A DNA stretch of 64,000 bases from Pseudomonadota bacterium (GCA_039029255.1 JBCCGN010000006.1:28320-92319); one strand, 5' to 3'. Shown: positions 47,381 through 58,010, counted from the stretch's first letter. Translations and numbers: made by a program. The notes: a model not told the origin generated them from the letters alone.

Positions 47381-48874
47381 TTACCCGGTTGCTGCATCTT
47401 CAACTGGTTCAAGTCCGTATTCGCGCAGTTTCCGGTACAGGGTGGACCTGCCAATTCCAAGTTTTCTGGCAATCTTGGACATTTTTCCATCATACTTTTC
47501 GATTGCGAACTCAATCACGCGCCTTTCGGCTTCCTCAAGCATGATCACATCACCGGCTGTATCGACAAGTGACATTCCTTCGCAATTTGCAAGGGGAAGA
47601 TCGTTTCCGGAGGTGAAATTATGGTTTGACGGAAGTGGCGTTGTGATTTCCGGAGTCTGAAGAACAGGTAAAGGCTTGATTTCCAAACCCTGCTCGATTG
47701 CAATCTGGGGAAATTCATCGCGTGTGAGCTCATCGCCTTCACACAGCACCACCGCACGAAAAACGGCATTTTCCAACTGGCGTATGTTTCCGGGCCAGTC
47801 ATATGAACAGAGCAGTTGCATTGCTTGTGTGTCGATGTTTCTTACATTTGCGCGACCCTCTTCTGTTGCGATCCGGGCAGTGAAATGGCGGAGCAGTTCG
47901 GGAATGTCTTCGCGTCTTTCGCGAAGGGGCGGCACAGTTATCGGCAGCACATTTAGCCGATAGTAAAGGTCTTCACGAAAGTTGCCGGCCTTTACTTCCT
48001 GCATCAGGTCACGGTTGGTTGCTGATATGAGGCGGAAATTGACTTTAACCGGCTTTGAAGCGCCGACAGGATCAATTTCTCCTTCCTGCAGTGCCCGCAA
48101 CAGTTTGACTTGTATGTCAGATGGAAGCTCTCCAATTTCGTCAAGAAAGAGAGTTCCGCCATTGGCTTCCTGAAACTTGCCGAGATGTTTGTCACTCGCA
48201 CCGGTGAAAGCCCCTTTCTCGTGGCCGAACAAAATGCTTTCGACCAGATTTTCTGGCAGCGCGCCGCAGTTTACGGTCACGAAATTCATCGATGCCCGAT
48301 CGCTCATACCTTGAACGGCACGGGCAATGAGCTCCTTGCCGACTCCGGATTCGCCTTCAATAAGCACCGGAATGGTGGATTTGGCAGCTTTCTGGACGAT
48401 CGTCTTTACCCGATCCATATTGGCACTTGAGGAGATTATTTCGTCGACTGTCAAATTGCCTTTGACGGTGCGCTTGATTCGTTTGATCTCGCCTTTCAAC
48501 GCGTCCATGCGAAGTGCATTCTCGATGGATGTCTTGAGGCGCTGAGGGCTTGCGGGTTTGACGACAAAATCTACGGCTCCGGCGCGCATCGCGTTCACTG
48601 CCGTTTCCACGCCACCCTGGGCAGTCTGGACGATCACAGGCTGAGACATTTTCTGTGAGTTCATTGCTTCCAGAACAGCCATTCCGTCCATTTCAGGCAT
48701 TACAAGATCCAGAATAACAGCTTTAATACGGCGACCGGCTTTGCCTTCGAGCAATTCAAGTGCTTCAGCGCCGCTTTCCACACAAGCTGCTTCGAAACCA
48801 AGTTTCTCGAGAGTTGCCTGGAGCAGACGTCGTTGTACAGGTTCATCATCAACCACAAGAATTTTATCAGGCAT
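47381..48874 (-). CDS. sigma-54-dependent response regulator (NtrC family)
   Basis: Receiver domain (ILVVDDEP...DLVMPEMDG), an AAA+ core with GESGVGKE and GAFTGA, and a C-terminal Fis-type HTH. Confidence 0.9.
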   Translation of the reverse strand: MPDKILVVDDEPVQRRLLQATLEKLGFEAACVESGAEALELLEGKAGRRIKAVILDLVMPEMDGMAVLEAMNSQKMSQPVIVQTAQGGVETAVNAMRAGAVDFVVKPASPQRLKTSIENALRMDALKGEIKRIKRTVKGNLTVDEIISSSANMDRVKTIVQKAAKSTIPVLIEGESGVGKELIARAVQGMSDRASMNFVTVNCGALPENLVESILFGHEKGAFTGASDKHLGKFQEANGGTLFLDEIGELPSDIQVKLLRALQEGEIDPVGASKPVKVNFRLISATNRDLMQEVKAGNFREDLYYRLNVLPITVPPLRERREDIPELLRHFTARIATEEGRANVRNIDTQAMQLLCSYDWPGNIRQLENAVFRAVVLCEGDELTRDEFPQIAIEQGLEIKPLPVLQTPEITTPLPSNHNFTSGNDLPLANCEGMSLVDTAGDVIMLEEAERRVIEFAIEKYDGKMSKIARKLGIGRSTLYRKLREYGLEPVEDAATG

Positions 48875-49086
48875 GTTCAAACTTTCACAGTTTTGTTGTG
48901 GCCGATTTGCGAAAAATGCCATCAACCGTCCCATTATGGGGCGACTTTACAGCCACTGGCTAAATGTCCGTTTAAGGAAGAAGGTTAACGGTTCGCCACA
49001 TAAGTTGATAATATTTTACAGGCTGACGCTTGCACAATGAGGTCAAGTGTTTGATGTGTGTGCCCACTGCATAACTGGAAACAAAC

Positions 49087-50934
49087 ATGAAAATTTCTAA
49101 TTCTCCCGAACAGATACCGAATTCTTCGGGCGGCTCGCGCGACGAAACCGGTTTTGGCGATTTGCCGGAATGGAACCTCAGTGACCTTTACCCCGGCACA
49201 AATAGCCAGGAATTTCGTGACGACGTCCGCAAGTGCAAGGAAAATGCAAGTGAATTTGAAGAAAAGCATGCCGGAAGACTCGGTGAAGTCTTAAGGGAAA
49301 ATCCGCGCGATCTTTCGCTGATTATCGCCGAATACGAAATGCTGGAGGAGCGCATGGGTCGGATCATGTCGTATGCCGGTCTTCTTAGTGCCAGCGATAC
49401 CGGCAATCCGGAGTATGCAAAGTTTTACGGTGACGCCCGAGACCAGATGACCGCGGCAGGATCGCATCTGCTATTTTTTGTGCTCGAACTCAATAGACTG
49501 AATGATAAAGACCTCAGAGAAGCGATCGAGCAGGATGTTGCACTTGCTTACTACGAACCCTGGTTGAGCGACCTAAGGAAGGACAAACCGTTTCAGCTTG
49601 ATGATAATCTGGAACAGCTCTTCCATGAAAAATCTGTGACAGGCAGCACGGCCTGGAACAGGCTTTTCGACGAAACTCTTTCTTCGCTACAGTTTACGAT
49701 CGAGGGCGAGACCGTAAGTGTGGAACAGGCACTTAATACGCTCCAGAATGCGGATCGTGAAAAACGTGCGGCCGGTGCGATGGAAATTTCGCGAGTGCTG
49801 AACGATAATATCCGCACCTTTACCCTGATCACCAATACTCTTGCCAAAGACAAGCAGATCGCGGATCGCTGGCGCGGTTTCGATGATATTGCGGACTCAC
49901 GTCATCTTGCGAACCGGGTTGAGAGGGAGGTCGTCGATGCCCTTGTCGAGGCGGTAAGACAATCCTTTCCAAAACTGTCTCACAGATATTATCAGATGAA
50001 GGCAAATTGGCTGGGTCTGGACACCATGGAACATTGGGACCGGAATGCACCACTGCCAACCTATGAAAGCCGCGTTGTTGGCTGGGATGAAGCGCGCAGC
50101 ACCATTTTGGATGCCTATTCCGGATTTGCACCCGAGATGGCTGAAATTGCGGAAAGATTCTTCGACAAAAACTGGATTGATGCGCCAATTCGCAAGGGGA
50201 AATCTCCAGGTGCCTTCTCTCACCCTACAGTACCGTCGGCTCATCCTTATGTTCTTTTAAACTATCATGGCAAACCTCGCGATGTGATGACCCTTGCTCA
50301 CGAATTGGGTCATGGTGTTCATCAGGTGCTTGCTGCCGGACAAGGGGCCTTGATGGCCCAAACACCTTTGACACTTGCAGAAACTGCCAGCGTTTTCGGT
50401 GAGATGTTGACGTTCCGGTCAATATTGGCAAAGTGTGAGACGCCGGAAGAAAAAAAGATCATGCTCTCCCAAAAAGTTGAGGACATGCTCAACACGGTGG
50501 TACGCCAGATCGCATTCTACATGTTTGAGCGCAAGGTGCATGAGGCACGTCATGACGGAGAACTTAAGTCAGAAGATATCGGTGACCTCTGGTTGTCTGT
50601 TCAGGGGGAAAGCCTCGGGCCGGCATTCAGGTTTGGAGACGACTATCGACCCTATTGGGCCTATGTGCCGCATTTCATCCATTCTCCGTTTTATGTCTAT
50701 TCCTATGCTTTCGGTGATTGTCTGGTAAACTCGTTATATGCGGTCTATCAGAACGCTGAGGACGGATTTCAGCAGAAGTATTTTGATCTATTAAAGGCCG
50801 GTGGGTCCAAACATCACAGCGAGGTCTTGAAACCTTTCGGTCTCGATGCCAGTGATCCTGGTTTCTGGGAAAGGGGTTTATCGATGATTTCCGGATTTAT
50901 TGACGAGCTGGAATCTCTTGAGCAGCGTACTTGA
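49087..50934 (+). CDS. pepF: oligoendopeptidase F (M3B)
   Basis: HELGHGVH zinc motif in a 615-aa M3-family architecture. Confidence 0.92.
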   Translation: MKISNSPEQIPNSSGGSRDETGFGDLPEWNLSDLYPGTNSQEFRDDVRKCKENASEFEEKHAGRLGEVLRENPRDLSLIIAEYEMLEERMGRIMSYAGLLSASDTGNPEYAKFYGDARDQMTAAGSHLLFFVLELNRLNDKDLREAIEQDVALAYYEPWLSDLRKDKPFQLDDNLEQLFHEKSVTGSTAWNRLFDETLSSLQFTIEGETVSVEQALNTLQNADREKRAAGAMEISRVLNDNIRTFTLITNTLAKDKQIADRWRGFDDIADSRHLANRVEREVVDALVEAVRQSFPKLSHRYYQMKANWLGLDTMEHWDRNAPLPTYESRVVGWDEARSTILDAYSGFAPEMAEIAERFFDKNWIDAPIRKGKSPGAFSHPTVPSAHPYVLLNYHGKPRDVMTLAHELGHGVHQVLAAGQGALMAQTPLTLAETASVFGEMLTFRSILAKCETPEEKKIMLSQKVEDMLNTVVRQIAFYMFERKVHEARHDGELKSEDIGDLWLSVQGESLGPAFRFGDDYRPYWAYVPHFIHSPFYVYSYAFGDCLVNSLYAVYQNAEDGFQQKYFDLLKAGGSKHHSEVLKPFGLDASDPGFWERGLSMISGFIDELESLEQRT

Positions 50935-50981
50935 CCCGTTCCGACGTGTTTTTATAAAATAGCATTGCGAGGTCGGAGAAT

Positions 50982-51356
50982 ATGCGGATGGGAAAAAAAT
51001 ATACAAGCAAGGCGCTACGGTTTGCGGTACTTTCGTTTGTTGTTGGTGGAATTGCTGCCTGTAACTCCAACAAGGACGCAGCGGGGCCACCGGTTCTCAA
51101 TGGTAACTGGGCATCCAGCGATGGAGTTTATACGGCTGAGTTTCTGAATGGCAACTTCCGCGCGATCGCAAATGATACCGGTAGCGTGATATCAGAGGGC
51201 GAGTACATCGCTTTGGCCGAAGACAGAATCCAGATAAAGTGGAATGGGCTGGTTTCGGGGAATTCGAACCAGGCTGATTGTATGAAACCGGATGAAAATC
51301 AGCTTGATTGCGTTGATCGTAACGGAAACAAGTTTTCGCTGCGCAGAAATTTATAG
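50982..51356 (+). CDS. small outer-membrane lipoprotein, Omp10-like
   Basis: Lipobox VGGIAAC. The pattern NGNW..DG.....F.NG.F...DTG..ISEG.Y......I.I......G.....C......L.C....G..F.L.R recalls Brucella Omp10 from memory. Confidence 0.55.
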   Translation: MRMGKKYTSKALRFAVLSFVVGGIAACNSNKDAAGPPVLNGNWASSDGVYTAEFLNGNFRAIANDTGSVISEGEYIALAEDRIQIKWNGLVSGNSNQADCMKPDENQLDCVDRNGNKFSLRRNL

Positions 51357-51445
51357 GCGATTTGTCAAATTGGACATTCTGTCACGGTGACGGAATCCGG
51401 AGGATAATCTACTCAGCTTGTCAAGCTTGATACTGGAGTTTTAAT

Positions 51446-51664
51446 ATGGCCAAGAAATCACAGGATAAAGTTCCGGAAAACGCAATGGATTATCCTGAGC
51501 ATGAGCGCACCTACGAACGGTTCATCAAGTTTTCCATCTGGACAACTGCAGCCTGTGTGGCGTTGTTGGTTGCCATGACCTTCGGATTCTTCGGAGGCGG
51601 CGGATTGATAGGCGGCACGCTCCTGTTTGTAGTTCTGATGGTCGCCTGTTTCTTTGCTCTTTAA
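51446..51664 (+). CDS. aa3-type cytochrome oxidase subunit IV-like small membrane protein
   Basis: 72 aa with DYPEHERTYERFIKFSIW followed by one or two TM segments. It lies immediately upstream of pntAA. Confidence 0.65.
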   Translation: MAKKSQDKVPENAMDYPEHERTYERFIKFSIWTTAACVALLVAMTFGFFGGGGLIGGTLLFVVLMVACFFAL

Positions 51665-51796
51665 GTATCATTCAGTCCGGAATCTGCACTACAGGACTGT
51701 TGTCCGTTGTAAATTTGCAAACCATTCCATAAATGCTAAAAAAGCTTTCGGGCCGATAACCGAACCGTTTTAAATTTGTCATATTGAAGGCATGTC

Positions 51797-53167
51797 ATGA
51801 TTGTTTTCGTTCCCAAAGAGAGCCGGAACGGTGAGACCCGGGTTGCCGCTTCTCCCGACACAGTAAAAAAACTGGTTGCTGCCGGCTTTGACGTGCATGT
51901 CGAGAGCGGTGCAGGCTCTGAATCAAGAATTCCGGATGAACGCTACGTTTCTGCCGGCGCTACACTTGCCCAAGATGGGTCAGCGGGAGCTTCGGATGTG
52001 GTGCTCAAGGTTTTGAGGCCAACTCCGGAGGAAGCGCAGAGCTACAAAAGCGGCGCGATTGTTCTCGCGTCTATGGACCCATTCGGTAATGAGGCGGAGC
52101 TGCAATCCATTGCTGATGCGGGCTTGAATGCTTTCGCGATGGAGTTCATGCCGAGGATCACGCGCGCGCAGGCCATGGATGTACTTTCTTCCCAGGCAAA
52201 CTTGGCCGGGTATCAGGCTGTCATTGAAGGCTCTGCCGAGTATGACCGCGCCTTGCCGATGATGATGACGGCGGCAGGTACCGTTCCGGCCGCGAAGTGT
52301 TTTGTGATGGGAGCGGGCGTTGCTGGTCTTCAGGCAATTGCTACAGCGAGGCGTCTGGGAGCGATCGTGACAGCAACAGATGTCAGACCGGCTGCAAAAG
52401 AACAGGTTGAATCCCTGGGCGCCAAATTTGTCGCTGTAGAAGATGATGAGTTCAAGCAAGCGGAGACTTCGGGCGGATATGCCAAGGAAATGTCGGCGGA
52501 ATATCAGGCTAAGCAGGCCGAACTGGTTGCGACGCATATCTCAAAACAGGATATTGTGATTACGACCGCACTCATTCCCGGAAGACCTGCCCCAAAACTG
52601 ATCAAAGCCGAGATGATCGAGGCAATGGCACCAGGTTCCGTGATTGTTGATCTCGCGGTGGAGCGTGGCGGCAATGTTGAGGGTGCGGTAGCCGGAGAAG
52701 TTGTAAAGGTTGATGATGTTTCAGTCGTTGGTCATCTCAACATGCCCGGGAGAATTGCAGCGTCTGCTTCTCTGCTTTACGCCAAAAATCTGCTGGCGTT
52801 TTTGGAAACGATGATTGATCGGGAAAGCGGTGAGTTGGCTGTAGACTGGGAGGATGAGCTGGTCCAGGCTACTCTTTTGACCAAGGATGGACGCATTGTT
52901 CATTCTGCCTTTGCTGATGAGGAACAAGCGGAGGAAACCGACGGACATACAGACGGTACAGATGCAGCCAATAGTGAAGCAGACGCGGACGATGATGCTC
53001 GCGATGATGGGGAAAATGAATCTGTGAGTCCCGAAGATACAGGTGATAGTGAATCCGAAAGTGATGCTGGAACCGATGAAGCAGGAGCAGACACAGACGC
53101 TTCCGATCAGGAAGTTGACAAGAATACTGAAGCAACAACAGAAGAAAAAGGCCCGTTTTGGTCATGA
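51797..53167 (+). CDS. pntAA: NAD(P) transhydrogenase subunit alpha part 1, with an acidic C-terminal tail
   Basis: The dI domain ([14 protein letters not shown]...[15 protein letters not shown]) is followed by an 84-aa D/E/T/S-rich tail. Confidence 0.93.
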   Translation: MIVFVPKESRNGETRVAASPDTVKKLVAAGFDVHVESGAGSESRIPDERYVSAGATLAQDGSAGASDVVLKVLRPTPEEAQSYKSGAIVLASMDPFGNEAELQSIADAGLNAFAMEFMPRITRAQAMDVLSSQANLAGYQAVIEGSAEYDRALPMMMTAAGTVPAAKCFVMGAGVAGLQAIATARRLGAIVTATDVRPAAKEQVESLGAKFVAVEDDEFKQAETSGGYAKEMSAEYQAKQAELVATHISKQDIVITTALIPGRPAPKLIKAEMIEAMAPGSVIVDLAVERGGNVEGAVAGEVVKVDDVSVVGHLNMPGRIAASASLLYAKNLLAFLETMIDRESGELAVDWEDELVQATLLTKDGRIVHSAFADEEQAEETDGHTDGTDAANSEADADDDARDDGENESVSPEDTGDSESESDAGTDEAGADTDASDQEVDKNTEATTEEKGPFWS

Positions 53168-53679
53168 GCGATGTCAAGCAAATAACATCTGATGATGCAG
53201 AAGTGCTGTTGCAGCAATTGGAAGATTTGGCAGGGCAGGCACAAAAAGCTGCTGCCGAGGCTGACAGCGCAGCAAATCAGGCTGAAAATATACTCTCCCA
53301 AGTGAGTGACAATCTTTCAGACGTGACTGCGAATGCGGAAGCCGTGTCACAATCTGCCGGAGCGGCTGCAAGTGCTGCGACCGGAGGAGCAATTGATCCG
53401 TTCGTATTTCAGTTTGCGATTTTTGTGATGGCGATATTTGTCGGCTACTACGTCGTCTGGTCCGTTACACCCGCATTGCACACTCCGCTGATGGCTGTCA
53501 CCAATGCGATTTCTTCGGTAATTGTGGTCGGTGCCCTGCTTGCTGTTGGCATTCAGTTTGCTGGTGCAACAGCAACAACTTTTGGATTTGTTGCGCTGGT
53601 TTTGGCTTCGGTAAATATTTTTGGCGGGTTTCTTGTTACCCAGCGAATGCTCGCCATGTACAAGAAAAAAGAGCGCTAG
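53164..53679 (+). CDS. pntAB: NAD(P) transhydrogenase subunit alpha part 2
   Basis: The ATG overlaps the pntAA stop (ATGA). The C-terminal TM bundle carries [17 protein letters not shown]. The N-terminal ~70 aa are soluble and Ala/Gln-rich. Confidence 0.88.
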   Translation: MSDVKQITSDDAEVLLQQLEDLAGQAQKAAAEADSAANQAENILSQVSDNLSDVTANAEAVSQSAGAAASAATGGAIDPFVFQFAIFVMAIFVGYYVVWSVTPALHTPLMAVTNAISSVIVVGALLAVGIQFAGATATTFGFVALVLASVNIFGGFLVTQRMLAMYKKKER

Positions 53680-53688
53680 GACACGGTC

Positions 53689-55083
53689 ATGCAAAATCTA
53701 ACCGCTCTCTTATATCTGATTTCCGGCGTACTCTTTATCATGGCGCTACGCGGGCTTTCGCATCCTGAGACGTCGCGCAAAGGCAATATGTACGGCATGG
53801 TCGGTATGGCAGTTGCCATTCTCACAACCCTGTTTCTTGCCGCACCATCTTTTGGCGGCTGGACGCTGATCATTGTAGGTCTTGCCGTTGGCGGTGGAAT
53901 TGGCGCCTATATTGCCAATCGAATTCCCATGACAGCCATGCCCCAACTGGTTGCCGCCTTCCACTCACTGGTTGGTCTTGCGGCTGTAATGGTCGCGGCC
54001 TCGGCACTTTATGCGCCCGAGGCATTCGGCTTGCTCAAAGGGGATCATATCAAGACTGCCAGCCTGATCGAAATGGTTCTCGGTGTGGCAATCGGCGCGA
54101 TAACGTTCACAGGTTCTGTGATTGCATTTGCAAAGCTTGACGGTCGCATGTCGGGTGCTCCAATTCTGCTTCCGGGACGTCACCTCATAAACATCGGATT
54201 GGCTGTACTTCTCGTTATTCTTACGATTATGTTCGTTCGCACAGAGAGTACCTTCCTGTTCTGGATGATCACCATTCTTTCCTTCCTTATCGGTGTTCTG
54301 TTGATCATCCCGATCGGTGGCGCCGATATGCCAGTTGTTGTGTCTATGCTCAATTCTTACTCTGGTTGGGCAGCTGCCGGGATTGGATTCACCCTTGGCA
54401 ATCTGGCGCTCATCATAACTGGTGCACTTGTTGGTTCGTCCGGTGCAATTCTCTCATACATCATGTGTAAGGGCATGAACCGGTCCTTTATATCGGTCAT
54501 TCTGGGAGGTTTCGGCGGCGAAACGGCTGTTGCTGGCGGTGATGACGGCATTGATCGTACGGTTAAACAAGGCTCTGCTGATGATGCGGCATTCCTGATG
54601 AAGAACGCGGGGAAAGTGATCATTGTGCCGGGATACGGCATGGCAGTTGCGCAAGCCCAGCATTCCCTTCGTGAACTTGCAGACAACCTCAAGCAAGAAG
54701 GTGTTGAGGTCAAATATGCGATCCATCCGGTTGCCGGACGCATGCCGGGACATATGAATGTGTTGCTGGCAGAAGCTAATGTTCCATATGACGAAGTGTT
54801 TGAACTGGAAGACATCAACAGCGAATTTGCGCAGGCTGATGTCGTCTATGTAATTGGCGCTAACGATGTGACCAATCCAGCTGCCCGTGATGATCCGTCT
54901 TCGCCGATTTACGGGATGCCAATCCTTGATGTCGACAAAGCCAAGACATGTCTGTTTGTGAAACGGTCACTGGGCTCAGGTTACGCTGGTATAGACAACA
55001 CGCTCTTTTACCAGGAAGGTACAATGATGCTGCTTGGTGACGCGAAAAAGATGACCGAAGACATCGTAAAATCATTCGACTGA
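53689..55083 (+). CDS. pntB: NAD(P) transhydrogenase subunit beta
   Basis: 464 aa with a membrane dII domain plus dIII (GYGMAVAQAQ...HPVAGRMPGHMNVLLAEA). Confidence 0.95.
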   Translation: MQNLTALLYLISGVLFIMALRGLSHPETSRKGNMYGMVGMAVAILTTLFLAAPSFGGWTLIIVGLAVGGGIGAYIANRIPMTAMPQLVAAFHSLVGLAAVMVAASALYAPEAFGLLKGDHIKTASLIEMVLGVAIGAITFTGSVIAFAKLDGRMSGAPILLPGRHLINIGLAVLLVILTIMFVRTESTFLFWMITILSFLIGVLLIIPIGGADMPVVVSMLNSYSGWAAAGIGFTLGNLALIITGALVGSSGAILSYIMCKGMNRSFISVILGGFGGETAVAGGDDGIDRTVKQGSADDAAFLMKNAGKVIIVPGYGMAVAQAQHSLRELADNLKQEGVEVKYAIHPVAGRMPGHMNVLLAEANVPYDEVFELEDINSEFAQADVVYVIGANDVTNPAARDDPSSPIYGMPILDVDKAKTCLFVKRSLGSGYAGIDNTLFYQEGTMMLLGDAKKMTEDIVKSFD

Positions 55084-55104
55084 TTTGCTGAAGCACAAAC
55101 TACG

Positions 55105-56820
55105 CTATCTCAGGTAACTCGGCACCTTCTGGCCGCGTTTCAAATACCAGTATCTGGTCCAGTATCGTTTTCTTTGCGCTTTTGTCATGCTCGCCAGTTG
55201 CTTGTTGCTCAGCAGTAGCGGCTTTCTGGTAACATGTGATTTTTGTTTGGTCTGTGTTTTGTTGGGTTCTGCCTTGAGCTTCGGTTCTGAATTCCTGTTT
55301 GAAATGCTGCTTTTGGATTGAGGCTCAACGGCATCAGCCGCATTGTCTGATAAAACGGCTACCTCCTGAAAGCTGGAGGAATGAGATTCGTTTGATAACG
55401 TCCGGTTTTGCAAGCTGGCATACACGCCTTTGTCAAAATTTCTTCCGCAGCTGTTGAGTGCGGCGCGATATATTCGGGCGTCACTTTTTCTGTAAGGTCG
55501 GTACCTGTTACATAACTTAAGGGTTGTCGGATGGCCGTGTGCCTTGCCGGTGCAATAAAGACCGGATCCGTCTGAACGGATGTTGAACCTGATACCCCGG
55601 GTATGTCTTTCGGGTTCATCAAACTGGTTTGCCAATCCGTTCAGTATCGCGATACGTTGTGCACTTTTAAAGGAATTGATCTGCTTGGGACTGATGTGGG
55701 TGTCCGTAAGCGGCACAATTTCGACGGCGGCAAGCTCCGGTTTGCCAAGACCCTGCCGGACCAGATGGACCCGCGCAAGAAGGCTGAAATCGCGGCACCC
55801 ACCCTTGCCGTTCATGTTTGTCATGCCATGGTGGAGAAAGTTACCCAAACCGTAGAATACAAGACTGTTCTTATTCAGCGACACCCCTCGTGCAACATGT
55901 GTGTGATGCCCGACAAGAAGATCGACACTTCCCCGATCAAGCATTTTTCGAACCCTTGAAATTTCGGACTGAGTTGCGCGGGTATCGAGTTCCGCACCCT
56001 GATGGAGAGACAGGATCCGAAATTGAGCGTTTGCACGGGCGAGGTTAGCCATAAGCAATTCGTTGTCTGACTTGTTGTAGAGATTGAGTTGGCCCGGTTG
56101 ATCATCTGTTGCTCTGGCGCGCCCGTTTCCGGCACCTATACCAATGGCAGCAAAAGCGAACCGGGTGTCTTTGTGTTCAAATACAGGAGTTTTGGCTGCC
56201 TGCTCCTGCGTGAGGCCAATACCTGCATGAATGATGTTCTTCTTTTGCGCGATCGCGTCCATGCTTGCCACGGAATCGCGAATGCCCTGGTGCCCGTAGT
56301 CAAACGAATGGTTGTTGGCCATTGAGAATAAATTGAAACCCGTGTCCGCCAGATGCTCAATCCCATTTGGGTGCGTGAGAAAATTGAATTTCTTTTCGTT
56401 GGGGCGCAAATTGGAATTCTCTGAAATCACGCTCTCCATATTGGCGAAATTGATGTCACCGTTGATTTGCGCCCGTATATTTTCCGTTGTTTGCGGCCAA
56501 GTCTGCCAGATTCCATACTTGGAAACACCATCGCCATTCAGTCTTGTGCCGCGAGAAGGGAATCCGGTATCTCCGACCAGAACCAGACTGATGTGCTCGG
56601 TTTCTTCACGAACGGGTTTCTGAATGCCTTTCGAACTCTGCGGCCTCTTGTTGACAATAACTGATGGTGGATGGTGGTTGGTGTGATGCGCAGTAATTTT
56701 TTCAGCGCCGGTCGCTGGTATCGGAGGTTTTTGCTGGTCTAAAGGTGCTGCAAGCGCGATTTCAGCAGCAACCAAAAGCGATGAAACTAAAACCAGTCTT
56801 TGACCACGCAACACAGGCAC
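55105..56820 (-). CDS. CapA family (PGA_cap metallophosphatase-like) secreted protein with extra C-terminal region
   Basis: Signal peptide, VGDTGF...FANMESV...MANNHSFDYG...GHHTHV motifs, then ~200 aa of unassigned sequence ending in a basic tail. GTG start. Confidence 0.8.
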   Translation of the reverse strand: MPVLRGQRLVLVSSLLVAAEIALAAPLDQQKPPIPATGAEKITAHHTNHHPPSVIVNKRPQSSKGIQKPVREETEHISLVLVGDTGFPSRGTRLNGDGVSKYGIWQTWPQTTENIRAQINGDINFANMESVISENSNLRPNEKKFNFLTHPNGIEHLADTGFNLFSMANNHSFDYGHQGIRDSVASMDAIAQKKNIIHAGIGLTQEQAAKTPVFEHKDTRFAFAAIGIGAGNGRARATDDQPGQLNLYNKSDNELLMANLARANAQFRILSLHQGAELDTRATQSEISRVRKMLDRGSVDLLVGHHTHVARGVSLNKNSLVFYGLGNFLHHGMTNMNGKGGCRDFSLLARVHLVRQGLGKPELAAVEIVPLTDTHISPKQINSFKSAQRIAILNGLANQFDEPERHTRGIRFNIRSDGSGLYCTGKAHGHPTTLKLCNRYRPYRKSDARIYRAALNSCGRNFDKGVYASLQNRTLSNESHSSSFQEVAVLSDNAADAVEPQSKSSISNRNSEPKLKAEPNKTQTKQKSHVTRKPLLLSNKQLASMTKAQRKRYWTRYWYLKRGQKVPSYLR

Positions 56821-57062
56821 ACACTCAATCTGTAGTCTTCACATTGTGCCGCAACGGTGTTTTCTGAATATAGATTTCCAGAAAACAACTTCTTCATGTG
56901 TAAGTTGTGCCAATTCGCTTGTCTATAGTTCGGCCGCATTGTTTGGGCCTAGAAACCTGAGATTCCAGATTTCTGGTTAACCGGTGAATGTGTGGTAAAA
57001 ATTCTGATTTCGCCAATTGCGAGTGTTTACTTCGCCGTGAAACACTTCAGCCGACTGTTTGA

Positions 57063-57938
57063 TCAGCTGTTGCGGGTTCGATTCATGCCGTCTTTTGCCG
57101 GTTGGTATTTTGGGTCGAGGTTGAAGGCGCGGGAATAGGATCTGAATGCTTTTCGCTTTTCCCCCTTCTGCTCTTCGATCAGCCCGCGGTTGGTCCAGGC
57201 CTCAGAATACTTCTCATCAAGAATGAGAGCCCGATTGATGTCGGTCAGCGCATTCTCGGTGTCATTGGTTGCGAGATACGAAACGCCTCTGGCATTGTAA
57301 GGTTCAGGAGCATCCGGCGACAGGGAGATTGCGGTCGTAAAATCATCAATCGCCTGATCGTGATTTCCCGCAGTCTGAAGTAACACTCCGCGAGCGTGAT
57401 AGGCTCGTGGGTTTGTAGTGCCAAGCTGGATGGCACGCTCGTAGTCGCGAAGTGCACGTTTTGCCTGACCGGCGAACCGGTAAACGTTTCCGCGTCCTAT
57501 ATAGGCATCGTCGTACTGGGGGTTGATTTTCAGTGCACGGCTATAGTCGGTTACGGCTTTTGCCGGTTCTCCGGTTTGCCGGTATATGAGGGCTCTGTTG
57601 GCATATGCCTGATAGAAACGCGGATTAAGCTCGATAGCACGGGAAAAATCCTGAAGCGCTTCCTTGTTACGCCCCGCTTTTCCATAGGCGGTGCCTCTCA
57701 CATTGTACGCTTCGGGCGAATTGGGATTGTTGTTAACAACCTGTGTGAGGGATGCGATGTTTGCCTGAATCCCCTGTGCCGGATCGATATCTACGGCCGG
57801 CTCGAAATTTGCTGAAGAGCAGGAAGCAAGGAAAATCAGCGCAAACAAAAGTGCTGAGTGCTTTGTAAATCCGATAATTTCAGTGTCCCCGTACAACCCT
57901 CGCACCCTGCATATTTGAATTCCGCCTGCTACGATCAC
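57063..57938 (-). CDS. TPR-repeat lipoprotein
   Basis: Lipobox FLASC followed by about 6 TPR units (AYNVRGTAYGKAGRNKEALQDFSRAIELNP and similar). The start is uncertain. Confidence 0.75.
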   Translation of the reverse strand: MIVAGGIQICRVRGLYGDTEIIGFTKHSALLFALIFLASCSSANFEPAVDIDPAQGIQANIASLTQVVNNNPNSPEAYNVRGTAYGKAGRNKEALQDFSRAIELNPRFYQAYANRALIYRQTGEPAKAVTDYSRALKINPQYDDAYIGRGNVYRFAGQAKRALRDYERAIQLGTTNPRAYHARGVLLQTAGNHDQAIDDFTTAISLSPDAPEPYNARGVSYLATNDTENALTDINRALILDEKYSEAWTNRGLIEEQKGEKRKAFRSYSRAFNLDPKYQPAKDGMNRTRNS

Positions 57939-58010
57939 TCACGCAAAAGGCGAAGCGCTTCTCAAGCAACTCCGCCATGGATACAACAACAAATCGGGCA
58001 AAAAAAGGCG

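Noticed and set aside
57023-57045. parS-like half sites TGTTTAC ... GTGAAACA.
   Set aside because: The halves are separated by 6 nt instead of forming the contiguous 16-bp TGTTNCACGTGAAACA palindrome. The sequence is more simply a weak hairpin just after the TPR lipoprotein stop.
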